Shown: positions 1-8,688 of the stretch, in pieces
Layout of the letters: every line of letters begins with the position of its first letter
Numbering within the stretch: position 1 is the stretch's first letter
From: an uncultured archaeon
GTDB taxonomy: Archaea; Asgardarchaeota; Jordiarchaeia; Jordiarchaeales; Jordiarchaeaceae
Length of the DNA stretch: 21,714 nt
Direction: 5' to 3'
NCBI GenBank assembly: GCA_964510585.1
Contig: CAZECW010000029.1
Span: 1-21,714, forward strand
Made by a program: the position numbers and the translations under genes
Notes under the pieces: generated by a model
The model's database searches: none
What the model was told of the DNA's origin: nothing
What the model saw: only the letters and a program-made list of their open reading frames with translations

Positions 1-903
1 CATTTGGGTTAACTTGTGGAGTCTATCCCACCCTACCTTCTTACAGTATTCCGCGTGGTTTTCAACTCCATAAACCCACTCGTCCGCCCATTTAAGGAAG
101 TCTTCATGGCTCTTACTCCAGAAGTCTCTCGCCCAGTGCATATGCATTGGAAGATCATAGATGTAATAATAGTACGAAACGGCGGGATGAGCATGGTAGG
201 GTACCTCGCATACAGCATCCACACAGTAAAAAGGAACCATAGTAGCGTTAGGAAGCCTCCTTATTTCTTCGGTGGAAACAATCTCTTCTACCACCGCTAT
301 TACGCGTTTCGAGGCTCTTGCAAGGTCACCCACAGTACAGGTAGGACTAATTCCAAAGAACTGAACATTTCCCTTCCTATCAGCTCTCTGTGCAGAAATT
401 ATTCCCACATCGGGGTTAATCGCGGGAATCATGGCGTAGGGTTCACCAGTCTCCTCGTCAGTGAATAGTTTGATTTTGTTGTTCGCTTTTAATAAATCAG
501 AGCCGAGAATGGATTTTGTCAACATGTGGGAGACACCCATACCTCCAGCCATAAATCTCAAAGCCATAGAGTAATGTGTGTACTCCTCAATTTCGATGGG
601 ATTTGGAACCCCATTCTCAAAAGCCCTCCGCGCAACATATGCGGGGCCCATAATTCCCTCACCCACATATGAGAACACTAGCTTTTTCACACAGCCCAAA
701 CCCACTAGGCACTCCGCCATAGCTATAACATTAGCTGCTATTGTTAAGTTTCTTTTCTTCTGCCTCCCGATTTCTACCAGTGCAGCAACGGAATCAATGT
801 ACCCCTGACCATGTAAACCTATCACATCCCCGTCCTTAACAAATTTACTTATTGCCTCCTTCAATGGTAACCTCTTATCTTCAGCATATCTATCATTATC
901 CAA
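1..903 (-). CDS. Family I CoA-transferase subunit A (glutaconate CoA-transferase GctA-like), 3'-truncated by the window edge
   Basis: Translated manually; absent from the ORF track because there is no stop codon in the window. TTG at 903 lies 8 nt after a GGAGGTG RBS and the frame is open to position 1: MDNDRYAEDKRLPLKEAISKFVKDGDVIGLHG...KKLVFSYVG...EIEEYTHYSMALRFMAGGMG...IPAINPDVGIISAQRADRKGNVQ...VVEEIV...DAVCEVPYHAHP. The EExTHxxMAxRFxAG, PDVxIxxAQRADxxGN and VEEIV motifs are typical of Gct/Pca-type alpha subunits. Confidence 0.88.
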   Translation of the reverse strand, partial: MDNDRYAEDKRLPLKEAISKFVKDGDVIGLHGQGYIDSVAALVEIGRQKKRNLTIAANVIAMAECLVGLGCVKKLVFSYVGEGIMGPAYVARRAFENGVPNPIEIEEYTHYSMALRFMAGGMGVSHMLTKSILGSDLLKANNKIKLFTDEETGEPYAMIPAINPDVGIISAQRADRKGNVQFFGISPTCTVGDLARASKRVIAVVEEIVSTEEIRRLPNATMVPFYCVDAVCEVPYHAHPAVSYYYYIYDLPMHMHWARDFWSKSHEDFLKWADEWVYGVENHAEYCKKVGWDRLHKLTQM

Positions 904-935
904 AAACCCAACACCTCCAATTATTAAATGATTGC

Positions 936-950
936 TATTTATACCTTTTT
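936..950 (-). promoter_or_regulatory. Putative BRE/TATA promoter of the CoA-transferase gene
   Basis: The minus strand reads AAAAAGGTATAAATA, about 33 nt upstream of the TTG start, leaving room for a short leader that carries the RBS. Confidence 0.5.
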
Positions 951-1337
951 AATTGTTAATAAGCCTTTTGGAATAAAAAAGGAAGAGGCTTTCAAGGAAA
1001 TCCCTAAGGCAACACCTTTTTTTTTGGGTCAACCGGCTTGGTTCTTGTCTCCACCCCTTTTCCTGGCGCGCCTTTTTTGCCAAGACATAACTTCAATAAC
1101 TGCCTACTATCAGTGAATTATTTGCCTTATAAGAACAGCAAAAAATTGTGGTGATTGAAGTCTTTCAAGACCTTTTTGCAGTTTTTGTCTGGTTGGTGTT
1201 TCTGGCTTTCAAAAGTTACCACAAGATTTATAGTGTATTTAAAATATTTTTCAGTTTGGTTGTTGACTAAAAACGGGTGTTTAGTTTCTTATGTAGCCTT
1301 ATTAATTCCTTTTTAGGCCGAGTTTGGGGTGATAAAA

Positions 1338-2972
1338 ATGACAAAGATTGAAACCTTTAAAAAGGGAGAGTCCGAGTATGTGGAGAGAGCAGAAAAGTTC
1401 ACCACACTATCAGATATTGAGGTTAAACCGTTCTATACGCCTGACGATATTCAGATAAATTATCACAAGGATTTGGGGCTTCCAGGAGAGTTTCCCTTTG
1501 TGCGTGGAGTATACCACACAATGTATAGGGGACGCCTTTGGACTATGCGCATGTTCTCTGGCTACGGCACAGCCTTTGACACCAATAAAAGATTCAAATA
1601 CCTTCTGGAACATGGGGAAACAGGCCTGAGTGTGGCATTTGATTTTCCCACCCTTTATGGATACGACTCGGATCATCCCCTCGCCCACGGCGAGGTTGGA
1701 AAGTGTGGAGTCGCCATATCCTCCCTGGCAGACATGGAGGTACTTTTTGACGGAATCCCGCTCAACAAGGTTACCACCTCAATGACTATTAATGGCCCCG
1801 CAGCAATTATCTGGGCCTTCTACATCGCAGCGGCTGAGAATCAGGGTGCCCAAAGAAAAGAATTGGGTGGAACCATTCAAAACGACATACTGAAGGAATA
1901 CATTGCCCAGAACTCATACATTTTTCCGCCGGAGCCCTCAATGAGATTGATTCTAGACACTTTTGAGTTTGGAACAGAGGAGTTGCCCCGCTGGAACACC
2001 ATTAGTATAAGCGGCTACCACATAAGGGAGGCGGGAGCCACCGCAGTACAAGAACTTGCCTTTACCTTGGCAGATGGACTCACCTACGTGGACGCCGCCC
2101 TAGAAAGGGGAATGAATATAGATGCCTTTGCCCCCAGATTGTCCTTCTTCTTTAACGCTCACAACTACTTCTTTGAAGAAATAGCAAAGTATCGGGCGGC
2201 CAGGAGGATTTGGGCCAAAGAAATGAAGAATAGGGGCGCAACGAATCCCCGCTCCATGATGCTGCGCTTCCACACACAAACAGCAGGTGTTTCCCTAACC
2301 GCCCAGCAACCACTAAATAATGTGGTTAGAGTGGCCATCCAGGCCCTGGCCGCGGTTTTGGGAGGCACACAATCATTACACACTAACTCCTACGATGAGG
2401 CTTATGCCCTTCCAACAGAGGAAGCAGTAAAGTTGGCTTTAAGAACTCAACAGATAATAGCCTACGAAACTGGTGTCACCGACTCCATCGATCCCTTGGG
2501 GGGCTCCTACTATGTGGAGTGGTTGACGAACAAGATGGAGGAGGAAACCTACAAGTACTTTGACATAATTGAAAAGAAGGGTGGAGTAATAGAATGCATA
2601 AAGAAAGGTTTCTTCCAAAACGAAATAGCTAAAGCCTCCTACAAGTACCAGAAAGAAGTAGAACAGGGTAAGCGAAAAATTGTGGGAGTAAACTGCTACC
2701 GGACAGACGAGGACGAGGAGGTCTGCATTCCCGTGTTGGTAGTTGACCCTGAAGTTGAACGAGTGCAATGTGAGAGGCTCAAAAAACTTAGGGAAACCAG
2801 AAACAATGACAAAGTAAGAGACGCTTTAAAGGAGCTTGAAAAACAGGCCAGAACCGAAAACAACCTAATGCCCTATCTCCTAAAATGTGCCCATGCCTAC
2901 GCCACCCTAGGAGAAATAAGAGAAACCCTCGTCAGCGTATTCGGCGAATACCAACCCAAAGACTGGTTCTGA
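1338..2972 (+). CDS. Adenosylcobalamin-dependent acyl-CoA mutase large (substrate-binding) subunit, methylmalonyl-CoA mutase family, with isobutyryl-CoA-mutase-type specificity residues
   Basis: Motifs [16 protein letters not shown](F)[55 protein letters not shown] and [11 protein letters not shown]. There is no C-terminal DxHxxG B12-binding domain, so this is a split enzyme. ATG 1338 follows a GGGGTGA RBS; the ORF track starts at GTG 1329. Confidence 0.95.
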   Translation: MTKIETFKKGESEYVERAEKFTTLSDIEVKPFYTPDDIQINYHKDLGLPGEFPFVRGVYHTMYRGRLWTMRMFSGYGTAFDTNKRFKYLLEHGETGLSVAFDFPTLYGYDSDHPLAHGEVGKCGVAISSLADMEVLFDGIPLNKVTTSMTINGPAAIIWAFYIAAAENQGAQRKELGGTIQNDILKEYIAQNSYIFPPEPSMRLILDTFEFGTEELPRWNTISISGYHIREAGATAVQELAFTLADGLTYVDAALERGMNIDAFAPRLSFFFNAHNYFFEEIAKYRAARRIWAKEMKNRGATNPRSMMLRFHTQTAGVSLTAQQPLNNVVRVAIQALAAVLGGTQSLHTNSYDEAYALPTEEAVKLALRTQQIIAYETGVTDSIDPLGGSYYVEWLTNKMEEETYKYFDIIEKKGGVIECIKKGFFQNEIAKASYKYQKEVEQGKRKIVGVNCYRTDEDEEVCIPVLVVDPEVERVQCERLKKLRETRNNDKVRDALKELEKQARTENNLMPYLLKCAHAYATLGEIRETLVSVFGEYQPKDWF

Positions 2973-3036
2973 ACCCAGAAAAGTAAAACACATCGTACCA
3001 CTGGAAATCTAAAGCTTTGTCTTATTCTTTCCTTTT

Positions 3037-3591
3037 TTATAGACCTAAACTATTTGAGATTTTCTGGAGAGCCTCTAGACTTATTCTGAAGAATTCTGGG
3101 ATGGGCACTCCGATTTCTTCGCAAACCCTAATCCTGTCCCGGCCTGTGGCTGCGGCAAATGTTTTGTCTTTAAACTTCTTTTTGAGTGTTTCCACCCTGA
3201 CCTGTTCCAACTTCTTATTGGGCATTACCAGAGCAGCAGCTATAACCAAACCTGAAACGGCGTCCGAACAAATAAGCCCCTTCTCCAGCCTGGTCTGAGG
3301 TTGAACATGGGTGTACTCATAGTTGTGAGCCTTAACCGCATTAATAACTTCGGGGGGAACCAGACCCTGAAGGTACTCCACAGTTTTAGTGGCATGTACT
3401 TCTGGGGAATTCAGGGTTTCTTGATAATCTAAATCATGTATTAAGCCCACTATTCCCCAGAGTTCTTCGTCTTCCCCTAAGTGTTTGGCCAGGTTCCGCA
3501 TTATAGCCTCCACAGCCAGAACATGCTTCACCAATTTATCATCCTTAAGATGCTCGTTCACCATTTTCAAAGCTTCGTCCCGAGTTAACAT
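3037..3591 (-). CDS. HD/HDIG-domain metal-dependent phosphohydrolase
   Basis: 184 aa with HVLAVEAIM, GLIHDLDY (HD motif), HATKT, AVKAHN and CSDAVSGL, the typical single-domain HDIG pattern. Confidence 0.88.
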   Translation of the reverse strand: MLTRDEALKMVNEHLKDDKLVKHVLAVEAIMRNLAKHLGEDEELWGIVGLIHDLDYQETLNSPEVHATKTVEYLQGLVPPEVINAVKAHNYEYTHVQPQTRLEKGLICSDAVSGLVIAAALVMPNKKLEQVRVETLKKKFKDKTFAAATGRDRIRVCEEIGVPIPEFFRISLEALQKISNSLGL

Positions 3592-3612
3592 AAACTAGTT
3601 AAAATAGCCAAA

Positions 3613-3628
3613 TTATATTAAATTTTAC
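3613..3628 (-). promoter_or_regulatory. TATA/BRE of a probably leaderless HD-hydrolase transcript
   Basis: The minus strand reads GTAAAATTTAATATAA, ending 21 nt before the ATG at 3591. No RBS lies in between. Confidence 0.5.
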
Positions 3629-3720
3629 CCTCATACGGACACAAAAACAGGCAAAATTGATTTAAAAAAGAAACAATTATGTTATCCTTTCTCTTTTCTG
3701 CTGCTGTTTACCTGTTTCTT

Positions 3721-4266
3721 CTATTTTTTGTGTTGCTCTCTGTCTGCAAGGGTAAACCCAATCTCTAAGGCTCGAGTGTTTATGTTGGGATGTTTTACTG
3801 TTTCCCTCACGGCTTTAAGTATGGTTTCTTTCTTGATTATTCCTGTTATTGCCACCAAGAAGCCTAGTAATATCATGTTGGAGTAGAGGTTGCTTCCTAG
3901 CTCTTTTTCTGCCAGCTCTGAGGCTGGCACCGGGTAAATTTTCACGTCTTCAAATGGCCAACTCCTCACCAAAGTAGAATCTACTATTACTATTTTGTTC
4001 TTCTTTATTGCGCCTCCCTGCTTGTCTACTGCTTCTTGAGAGGTGAAAACGTATATATCGGCATCTATAGCTCCTGGATAATCAATTTCTTCATCAGATA
4101 TTACTACTTCGGTCCAAAGATCTCCGCCCCTCACTTTTGCCCCGTAGGACGTAACTTGCGTTGCAATTTCTCCCTCATATATGGTGGCTGCCCTAGCCAA
4201 TAGTTCTCCCATAGTTATGACTCCTTGACCTCCGGAGCCAACGATGCGAATTTCAGTTCTCACCAT
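3721..4266 (-). CDS. korC: 2-oxoacid:ferredoxin oxidoreductase gamma subunit
   Basis: IRIVGSGGQGVIT, SYGAKVRGG, VVISDEEIDYP, NMILLGFL and NTRALEIGF motifs. The start overlaps the beta-subunit 3' end. Confidence 0.93.
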   Translation of the reverse strand: MVRTEIRIVGSGGQGVITMGELLARAATIYEGEIATQVTSYGAKVRGGDLWTEVVISDEEIDYPGAIDADIYVFTSQEAVDKQGGAIKKNKIVIVDSTLVRSWPFEDVKIYPVPASELAEKELGSNLYSNMILLGFLVAITGIIKKETILKAVRETVKHPNINTRALEIGFTLADREQHKK

Positions 4267-5086
4267 TTTCTGTCCACCTTATTTTAGTATATTGTTCCGA
4301 TAATTCGGGAGCGGTCTTCTCAACAAACTCACCCACCACTATTTTTTGGCTAAGCTCCTCTGCTGAGAGCCTTTTAGCCTCTTCTTTGCCCACCATGATT
4401 CCTTGAAGCCATTTTACCAAGTCAACTGGGTGCCTTACTTTAATGAGGGGGCCGTAACGTACGGGGCACGGTGAAAGCACTTCAATGAATGAGAATCCCT
4501 TCCTCTGAAGAGCCTTCTTAATGGATCTGATGAGTTGTCTCACATGCAGAGTTGACCATCTTGCCACATACGTTCCACCCGCCGCCTCCACGAGTTTACA
4601 CAAATCAAAGGGGTTTTCTAGGTTGCCATAAGGCGTGGTATCAGTTCTCAAACCATGGGGAGTTGTTGGAGCCACCTGTGCCCCTGTCATTCCATAAATA
4701 AAGTTGTTTACACAGATAACTGAGAGTCCAATGTTCCTTCGGGCTCCATGAATGAGGTGATTGCCCCCAATGGCTGACAGGTCTCCGTCCCCCGAGATAA
4801 CAACCACGTTCAGTTCGGGGTTTGCCAGTTTTAAACCAGTGGCAAAAGCTATGGGCCGTCCATGCGTCGTGTGAAGCACATCCGTGTTAAATAGGGGACT
4901 GGGTATCCAACCCGCACAGCCTATCCCGGAAACGAAGGCCACTTTTGTGAAGTCGAGGCCCAACTCGTCTATTGCTCTAAGAATACACTGGGCAATGACT
5001 CCGTCACCACAGCCTGGGCAATGGGGGAGAGGTAGTGTTTCTGGCCTAATGTACTTCATTAATGGATGCACGGATTTTCCACTCAT
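4253..5086 (-). CDS. korB: 2-oxoacid:ferredoxin oxidoreductase beta (TPP-binding) subunit
   Basis: CPGCG, SGIGC, HTTHGRPIAFATG, GDGD...NN TPP motif, YGMTGAQVAPTT and EVLSPCP. ATGA overlap with the alpha stop, preceded by an AGGAGG RBS. Confidence 0.94.
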   Translation of the reverse strand: MSGKSVHPLMKYIRPETLPLPHCPGCGDGVIAQCILRAIDELGLDFTKVAFVSGIGCAGWIPSPLFNTDVLHTTHGRPIAFATGLKLANPELNVVVISGDGDLSAIGGNHLIHGARRNIGLSVICVNNFIYGMTGAQVAPTTPHGLRTDTTPYGNLENPFDLCKLVEAAGGTYVARWSTLHVRQLIRSIKKALQRKGFSFIEVLSPCPVRYGPLIKVRHPVDLVKWLQGIMVGKEEAKRLSAEELSQKIVVGEFVEKTAPELSEQYTKIRWTENGEN

Positions 5087-6246
5087 GAGGACGCCTCCTT
5101 TCTTATGGTTTCCAAAACATATTTGGGGTTATGTATGGCTCCCAGAATCTGGGGAGGCAGAAACCCAACCTCTGCCACTCCACAGGCTGCACTTCTCACA
5201 TAATCCAGAATTTGCCCCATATTATTCTCCAAAACTATGATTTTATCCACCTGCTCCGCTATTTTCGCAATTTCCCGCCGAGCAAAAGGCCAAATGGTAA
5301 CAAGTCTAACACATCCCACCCTAATCCCCTCCATTCTTGCTTTTTTCAACGCCCATAGTGTGGATCTAAAGGGGCTACCGTATGTCACCAAGACAATTTT
5401 GGCATCATCAACTTGAATCTTTTGCAATCTTACAATTTCATTCCGGTGTTTCTCAAACTTTCCATAAATTCTCTTAATCAAATGGTCCAAGTCCTTTGGG
5501 TCACTGACTTTCCGGTATCCCAACTCATCGTGACAAGAGCCGGTAACATGAACCCGGAATCCAGATCCAAACGCAGGCATGGGAGCCACATCCTCACTTA
5601 GGAAAAAAGAGATTTCACCCTTTAAAGCGGGCTTTTTTCTATTTATTATTGGGATGTCCCAACTTGGCCTAATGACAACGCTCTCCCTCATGAAACTAAC
5701 ATAGGCATCAGTCAAAAGGATTACTGGGGTTCTTAAAGCCTCAGATAAATTAAACGCCTCCACGGTAAAATCAAACATGTCTTGGGGTGAGGATGGTGCA
5801 AGAACCAATATGGGATACTCTCCATGGGCACCATGCCTAGATTGCATCACATCCCCCTGCAAGGGCACCCCCACCTGTCCAACGCCGGGTCCTCCTCGCT
5901 GAACATCCACTATCACACAGGGGGTTTCGGTCTGAACAGCGTAGCCTATTCCCTCCTGCATTAGGCTGAAGCCGGGGCCGCTGGTCGCCGTCATAGATTT
6001 TAGACCCGCCCAAGAGGCTCCTATGATTGATGATATTGATGCTATCTCGTCCTCCATCTGTATGCTGATTCCCCCCACTTTGGGCATCTTTAAAGCCATA
6101 ACCTGACCTATCTCTCTTGCGGGAGTAATGGGATAAAATGCGAAGAACCTGCAGCCCGCAGCTAATGCTCCCTCTGCACAAGCCACATTTCCTTCCAAGA
6201 AATCTACACGTTTACCTAATTCACTGGACAGAAATATTCCTCCCAA
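5083..6246 (-). CDS. korA: 2-oxoacid:ferredoxin oxidoreductase alpha subunit
   Basis: GNVACAEGA, YPITP, QMEDEIAS, TATSGPGFSLMQE, DVQRGGP and ENNMGQI motifs. The start is uncertain: TTG 6246, or CTG 6231 downstream of a GGAGGA RBS. Confidence 0.94.
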   Translation of the reverse strand: MGGIFLSSELGKRVDFLEGNVACAEGALAAGCRFFAFYPITPAREIGQVMALKMPKVGGISIQMEDEIASISSIIGASWAGLKSMTATSGPGFSLMQEGIGYAVQTETPCVIVDVQRGGPGVGQVGVPLQGDVMQSRHGAHGEYPILVLAPSSPQDMFDFTVEAFNLSEALRTPVILLTDAYVSFMRESVVIRPSWDIPIINRKKPALKGEISFFLSEDVAPMPAFGSGFRVHVTGSCHDELGYRKVSDPKDLDHLIKRIYGKFEKHRNEIVRLQKIQVDDAKIVLVTYGSPFRSTLWALKKARMEGIRVGCVRLVTIWPFARREIAKIAEQVDKIIVLENNMGQILDYVRSAACGVAEVGFLPPQILGAIHNPKYVLETIRKEASS

Positions 6247-6463
6247 AATGTTGGATGTATTCTACCTGATTCTGTATGGTTTCTTTAACTTTTAAAGTTG
6301 TGACACCAAACTATTCCAGTTAACACAGACAATATCAGGGGATGGTGGGAAGGCGTATTTTATAAATCAGTCCCTTTTTTTAGTTGCTGGAACCCTTTTT
6401 GGCAATAATATTAAAATATTTCTTGTCCCTATCGGTTACCATACTTTTAATGGAGATGGGTGC

Positions 6464-6676
6464 TTGCAAAAGGCGAATATAATTGTTGACCCCTCAAAAT
6501 GTCGAATGTGCTTGCAGTGCCAGATTTTCTGCTCCCTCCTGCACGAGGGAGAGGCGAACCCCTCAAAGGCTAACCTAAAAATCGAGAAAGGCGCTATTAC
6601 TTTCCTTGAGACCTGCAGGGAAAACTGCAGTTTCTGTGCTGACTACTGTGCCTACCAAGCATTAAAACCCAAGTAA
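6464..6676 (+). CDS. Short 4Fe-4S dicluster ferredoxin associated with the AOR
   Basis: CRMCLQCQIFC and CRENCSFCADYC give 8 Cys. TTG start after GGAGATG; ends 23 nt before the AOR gene. Confidence 0.88.
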   Translation: MQKANIIVDPSKCRMCLQCQIFCSLLHEGEANPSKANLKIEKGAITFLETCRENCSFCADYCAYQALKPK

Positions 6677-6699
6677 TAATTTTTGGAGTCTGAAGAATA

Positions 6700-8598
6700 A
6701 TGGAGTATTATGGTTATGCGGGTGCGGTTCTAGACTTGAACCTAACCACCGGAGAAAAGGAAGTTATCCCCCTAGAGGCCGATTGGATTAACGACTATAT
6801 TGGAGGAGCGGGTTTAAGCTTTAAACTTTTCAGCCAGTACCAAAAACCCAAGGTGGACCCCCTATCTGAGGATAACGTTATTGTTCTTGGTGTGGGCCCA
6901 ATAGTGGGCACCGGGGCACCTTTAGGTTCCAAGGTTTTTGCAGTGACAAAATTTGCAATACCTGCTTCTGAGGATGGGAAACACTACGTAACCACCGCTA
7001 TTGGGGGCTTCAAAAGGTTCGGACTCATGATGAAGAGGGCGGGATTCGACCACCTCATCATTAGAGGTAAATCCCAAAAACCAGTTTATCTCCACATTAA
7101 AGATGAGGAAATAGAAGTCAAGGACGCCTCCCCCCTTAAAAGCTGCGATACCTATCAAACCACCGAAAAACTCCTCTCCCTATACCCCAGCTCGGGTGTG
7201 ATTGCTAATGGTCCTGCTGGCGAAAATCTGGTTAGACTCTCACTGACCATAGTTGATGGTTTGGGAACCTTGGGTCGAGGAGGCTTAGGTGCGGTTCTGG
7301 GTTCCAAAAACATTAAAGCAATTGTCGCTCAGGGCACTGGGGGAATAAAGGTAGCCCGGCAGAAGGAGCTATTCAAAAAGGCCAAGGAAATAGTAAGCCT
7401 CATAAAATCCCAGGACATTTTCAAAACCGCTCAAGATATGGGAGCCCACGTCTTCTGGGAGATGATTTACCTCAAGAACATGTCCTCTGGAATTTGGACT
7501 AAGGATAAGTTCAACGAACTCTACGGGATGGTTCCATTCACAAAATCCAGACTGATTTCCGAGGCCTGTGTATCCTGTCCCATAGGCTGCAAGACTCAAC
7601 ACCGAGTCTATGAAGGCCCATTGACCGGCACCGAAGTGAAGACCACCCACTTCATAAACACTGCTAATCTGGGCCAAAAACTGGAATTGGAGGATTACCG
7701 TGAAGCCCTCAAGCTGGTTGACGCATGTAACAGAGCAGGCGTGTGCTTGTACACCTTCTCAGAAATGGCGGACTACATATCTCGGCTTCTCAAAGAGGGC
7801 AAAATAACCAACGAAGACCTTTTCGGCTTCACTCTTGAAAGAAACTCGGATAGCTATTTAGAATTCCTAGAAAAAATAAAAAATAGGGAAGGCATCGGAG
7901 CTATAGCCGCCGACGGTTGGTTTGCTCTCTCCCAACATCTAGAGTACGACGCTCTCATCCACTATAAGCATAGTCGAGGAATAGTTAAGGGAACCGACTG
8001 CATATTTGACGCCCGATTCAATAGGTTGGACTCCTCCATGGTTTCCCAAGTGGTGAATCCCAAGGGAGGTTTCCAAGCTTGGGGCAACTTCGGCGGCAGA
8101 CTAACCACCCAGGACGTTCCAGAATTATACAACACACCCGAAAAAGAAAATCTAGGAAGATTGACTGCCCAATCAGAGGATTGCATGATGGTTCTAAACT
8201 CCATAGGTGCCTGCTACGTGATTGTTAACACCCTCTCAATGTTTGGATACCCCATACTCAAAACACTCGCAGAGGTATATGGTTATATAACAGGAATAGA
8301 CGTTGAGCCTAGGGAATTAAAATTGAAGGGTGAACGTTGCTTCAACCTCTACAAAATGTTGAATGTGCGGGAGGGCTTCAACAGAAGCGATGACCGCTTT
8401 CCCAAGGTGTGGCTCGAACCCAAAGAAACACCCGAAAGAACCCTAACCCTCAAAACCCTCTACGCTAAGAAAGATGTAGACGAGCAAATGCTGGAACAAA
8501 TACTCGACGAGTATTACCGTGAGAGGGGCTGGGATCTAAAGAAGGGGATCCCCACCCCCGAAAAGTTAACTTCCCTGAAACTAGATTACCTAAAATAA
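6700..8598 (+). CDS. aor: Tungsten/molybdopterin aldehyde:ferredoxin oxidoreductase (AOR) family protein with an atypical active site
   Basis: YIGGAGL, MKRAGFDHLIIRGKSQKPVYL, GPAGEN, GRGGLGAVLGSKNIKAI, CVSCPIGC (C290/C293/C297) plus the fourth FeS Cys in NSIGAC (C505), ERxFN and DEYYRERGWD..GIPT. Confidence 0.93.
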   Translation: MEYYGYAGAVLDLNLTTGEKEVIPLEADWINDYIGGAGLSFKLFSQYQKPKVDPLSEDNVIVLGVGPIVGTGAPLGSKVFAVTKFAIPASEDGKHYVTTAIGGFKRFGLMMKRAGFDHLIIRGKSQKPVYLHIKDEEIEVKDASPLKSCDTYQTTEKLLSLYPSSGVIANGPAGENLVRLSLTIVDGLGTLGRGGLGAVLGSKNIKAIVAQGTGGIKVARQKELFKKAKEIVSLIKSQDIFKTAQDMGAHVFWEMIYLKNMSSGIWTKDKFNELYGMVPFTKSRLISEACVSCPIGCKTQHRVYEGPLTGTEVKTTHFINTANLGQKLELEDYREALKLVDACNRAGVCLYTFSEMADYISRLLKEGKITNEDLFGFTLERNSDSYLEFLEKIKNREGIGAIAADGWFALSQHLEYDALIHYKHSRGIVKGTDCIFDARFNRLDSSMVSQVVNPKGGFQAWGNFGGRLTTQDVPELYNTPEKENLGRLTAQSEDCMMVLNSIGACYVIVNTLSMFGYPILKTLAEVYGYITGIDVEPRELKLKGERCFNLYKMLNVREGFNRSDDRFPKVWLEPKETPERTLTLKTLYAKKDVDEQMLEQILDEYYRERGWDLKKGIPTPEKLTSLKLDYLK

Positions 8599-8688
8599 AA
8601 TTAGGCGATGAGAAGAAAAATTTGAGGTAAAATTGAATTTATCAAGGCAAAGTTCTCATTAACTAATCTTTTGTTGAAATTTGGGCGT

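Noticed and set aside
16-808. Plus-strand ORFs 16..468 and 578..808, and minus-strand ORF 33..224
   Set aside because: They are shadows of the CoA-transferase on the minus strand, which has clear family motifs in a different frame.
904-1337. Cobalamin riboswitch upstream of the B12-dependent mutase; ORF 928..1116
   Set aside because: I found no B12-box or GGGAA/ACTG core. The short inverted repeats (AAGCCT/AGGCTT, GCAAAAA/TTTTTGC) are weak. The ORF is low-complexity with no RBS.
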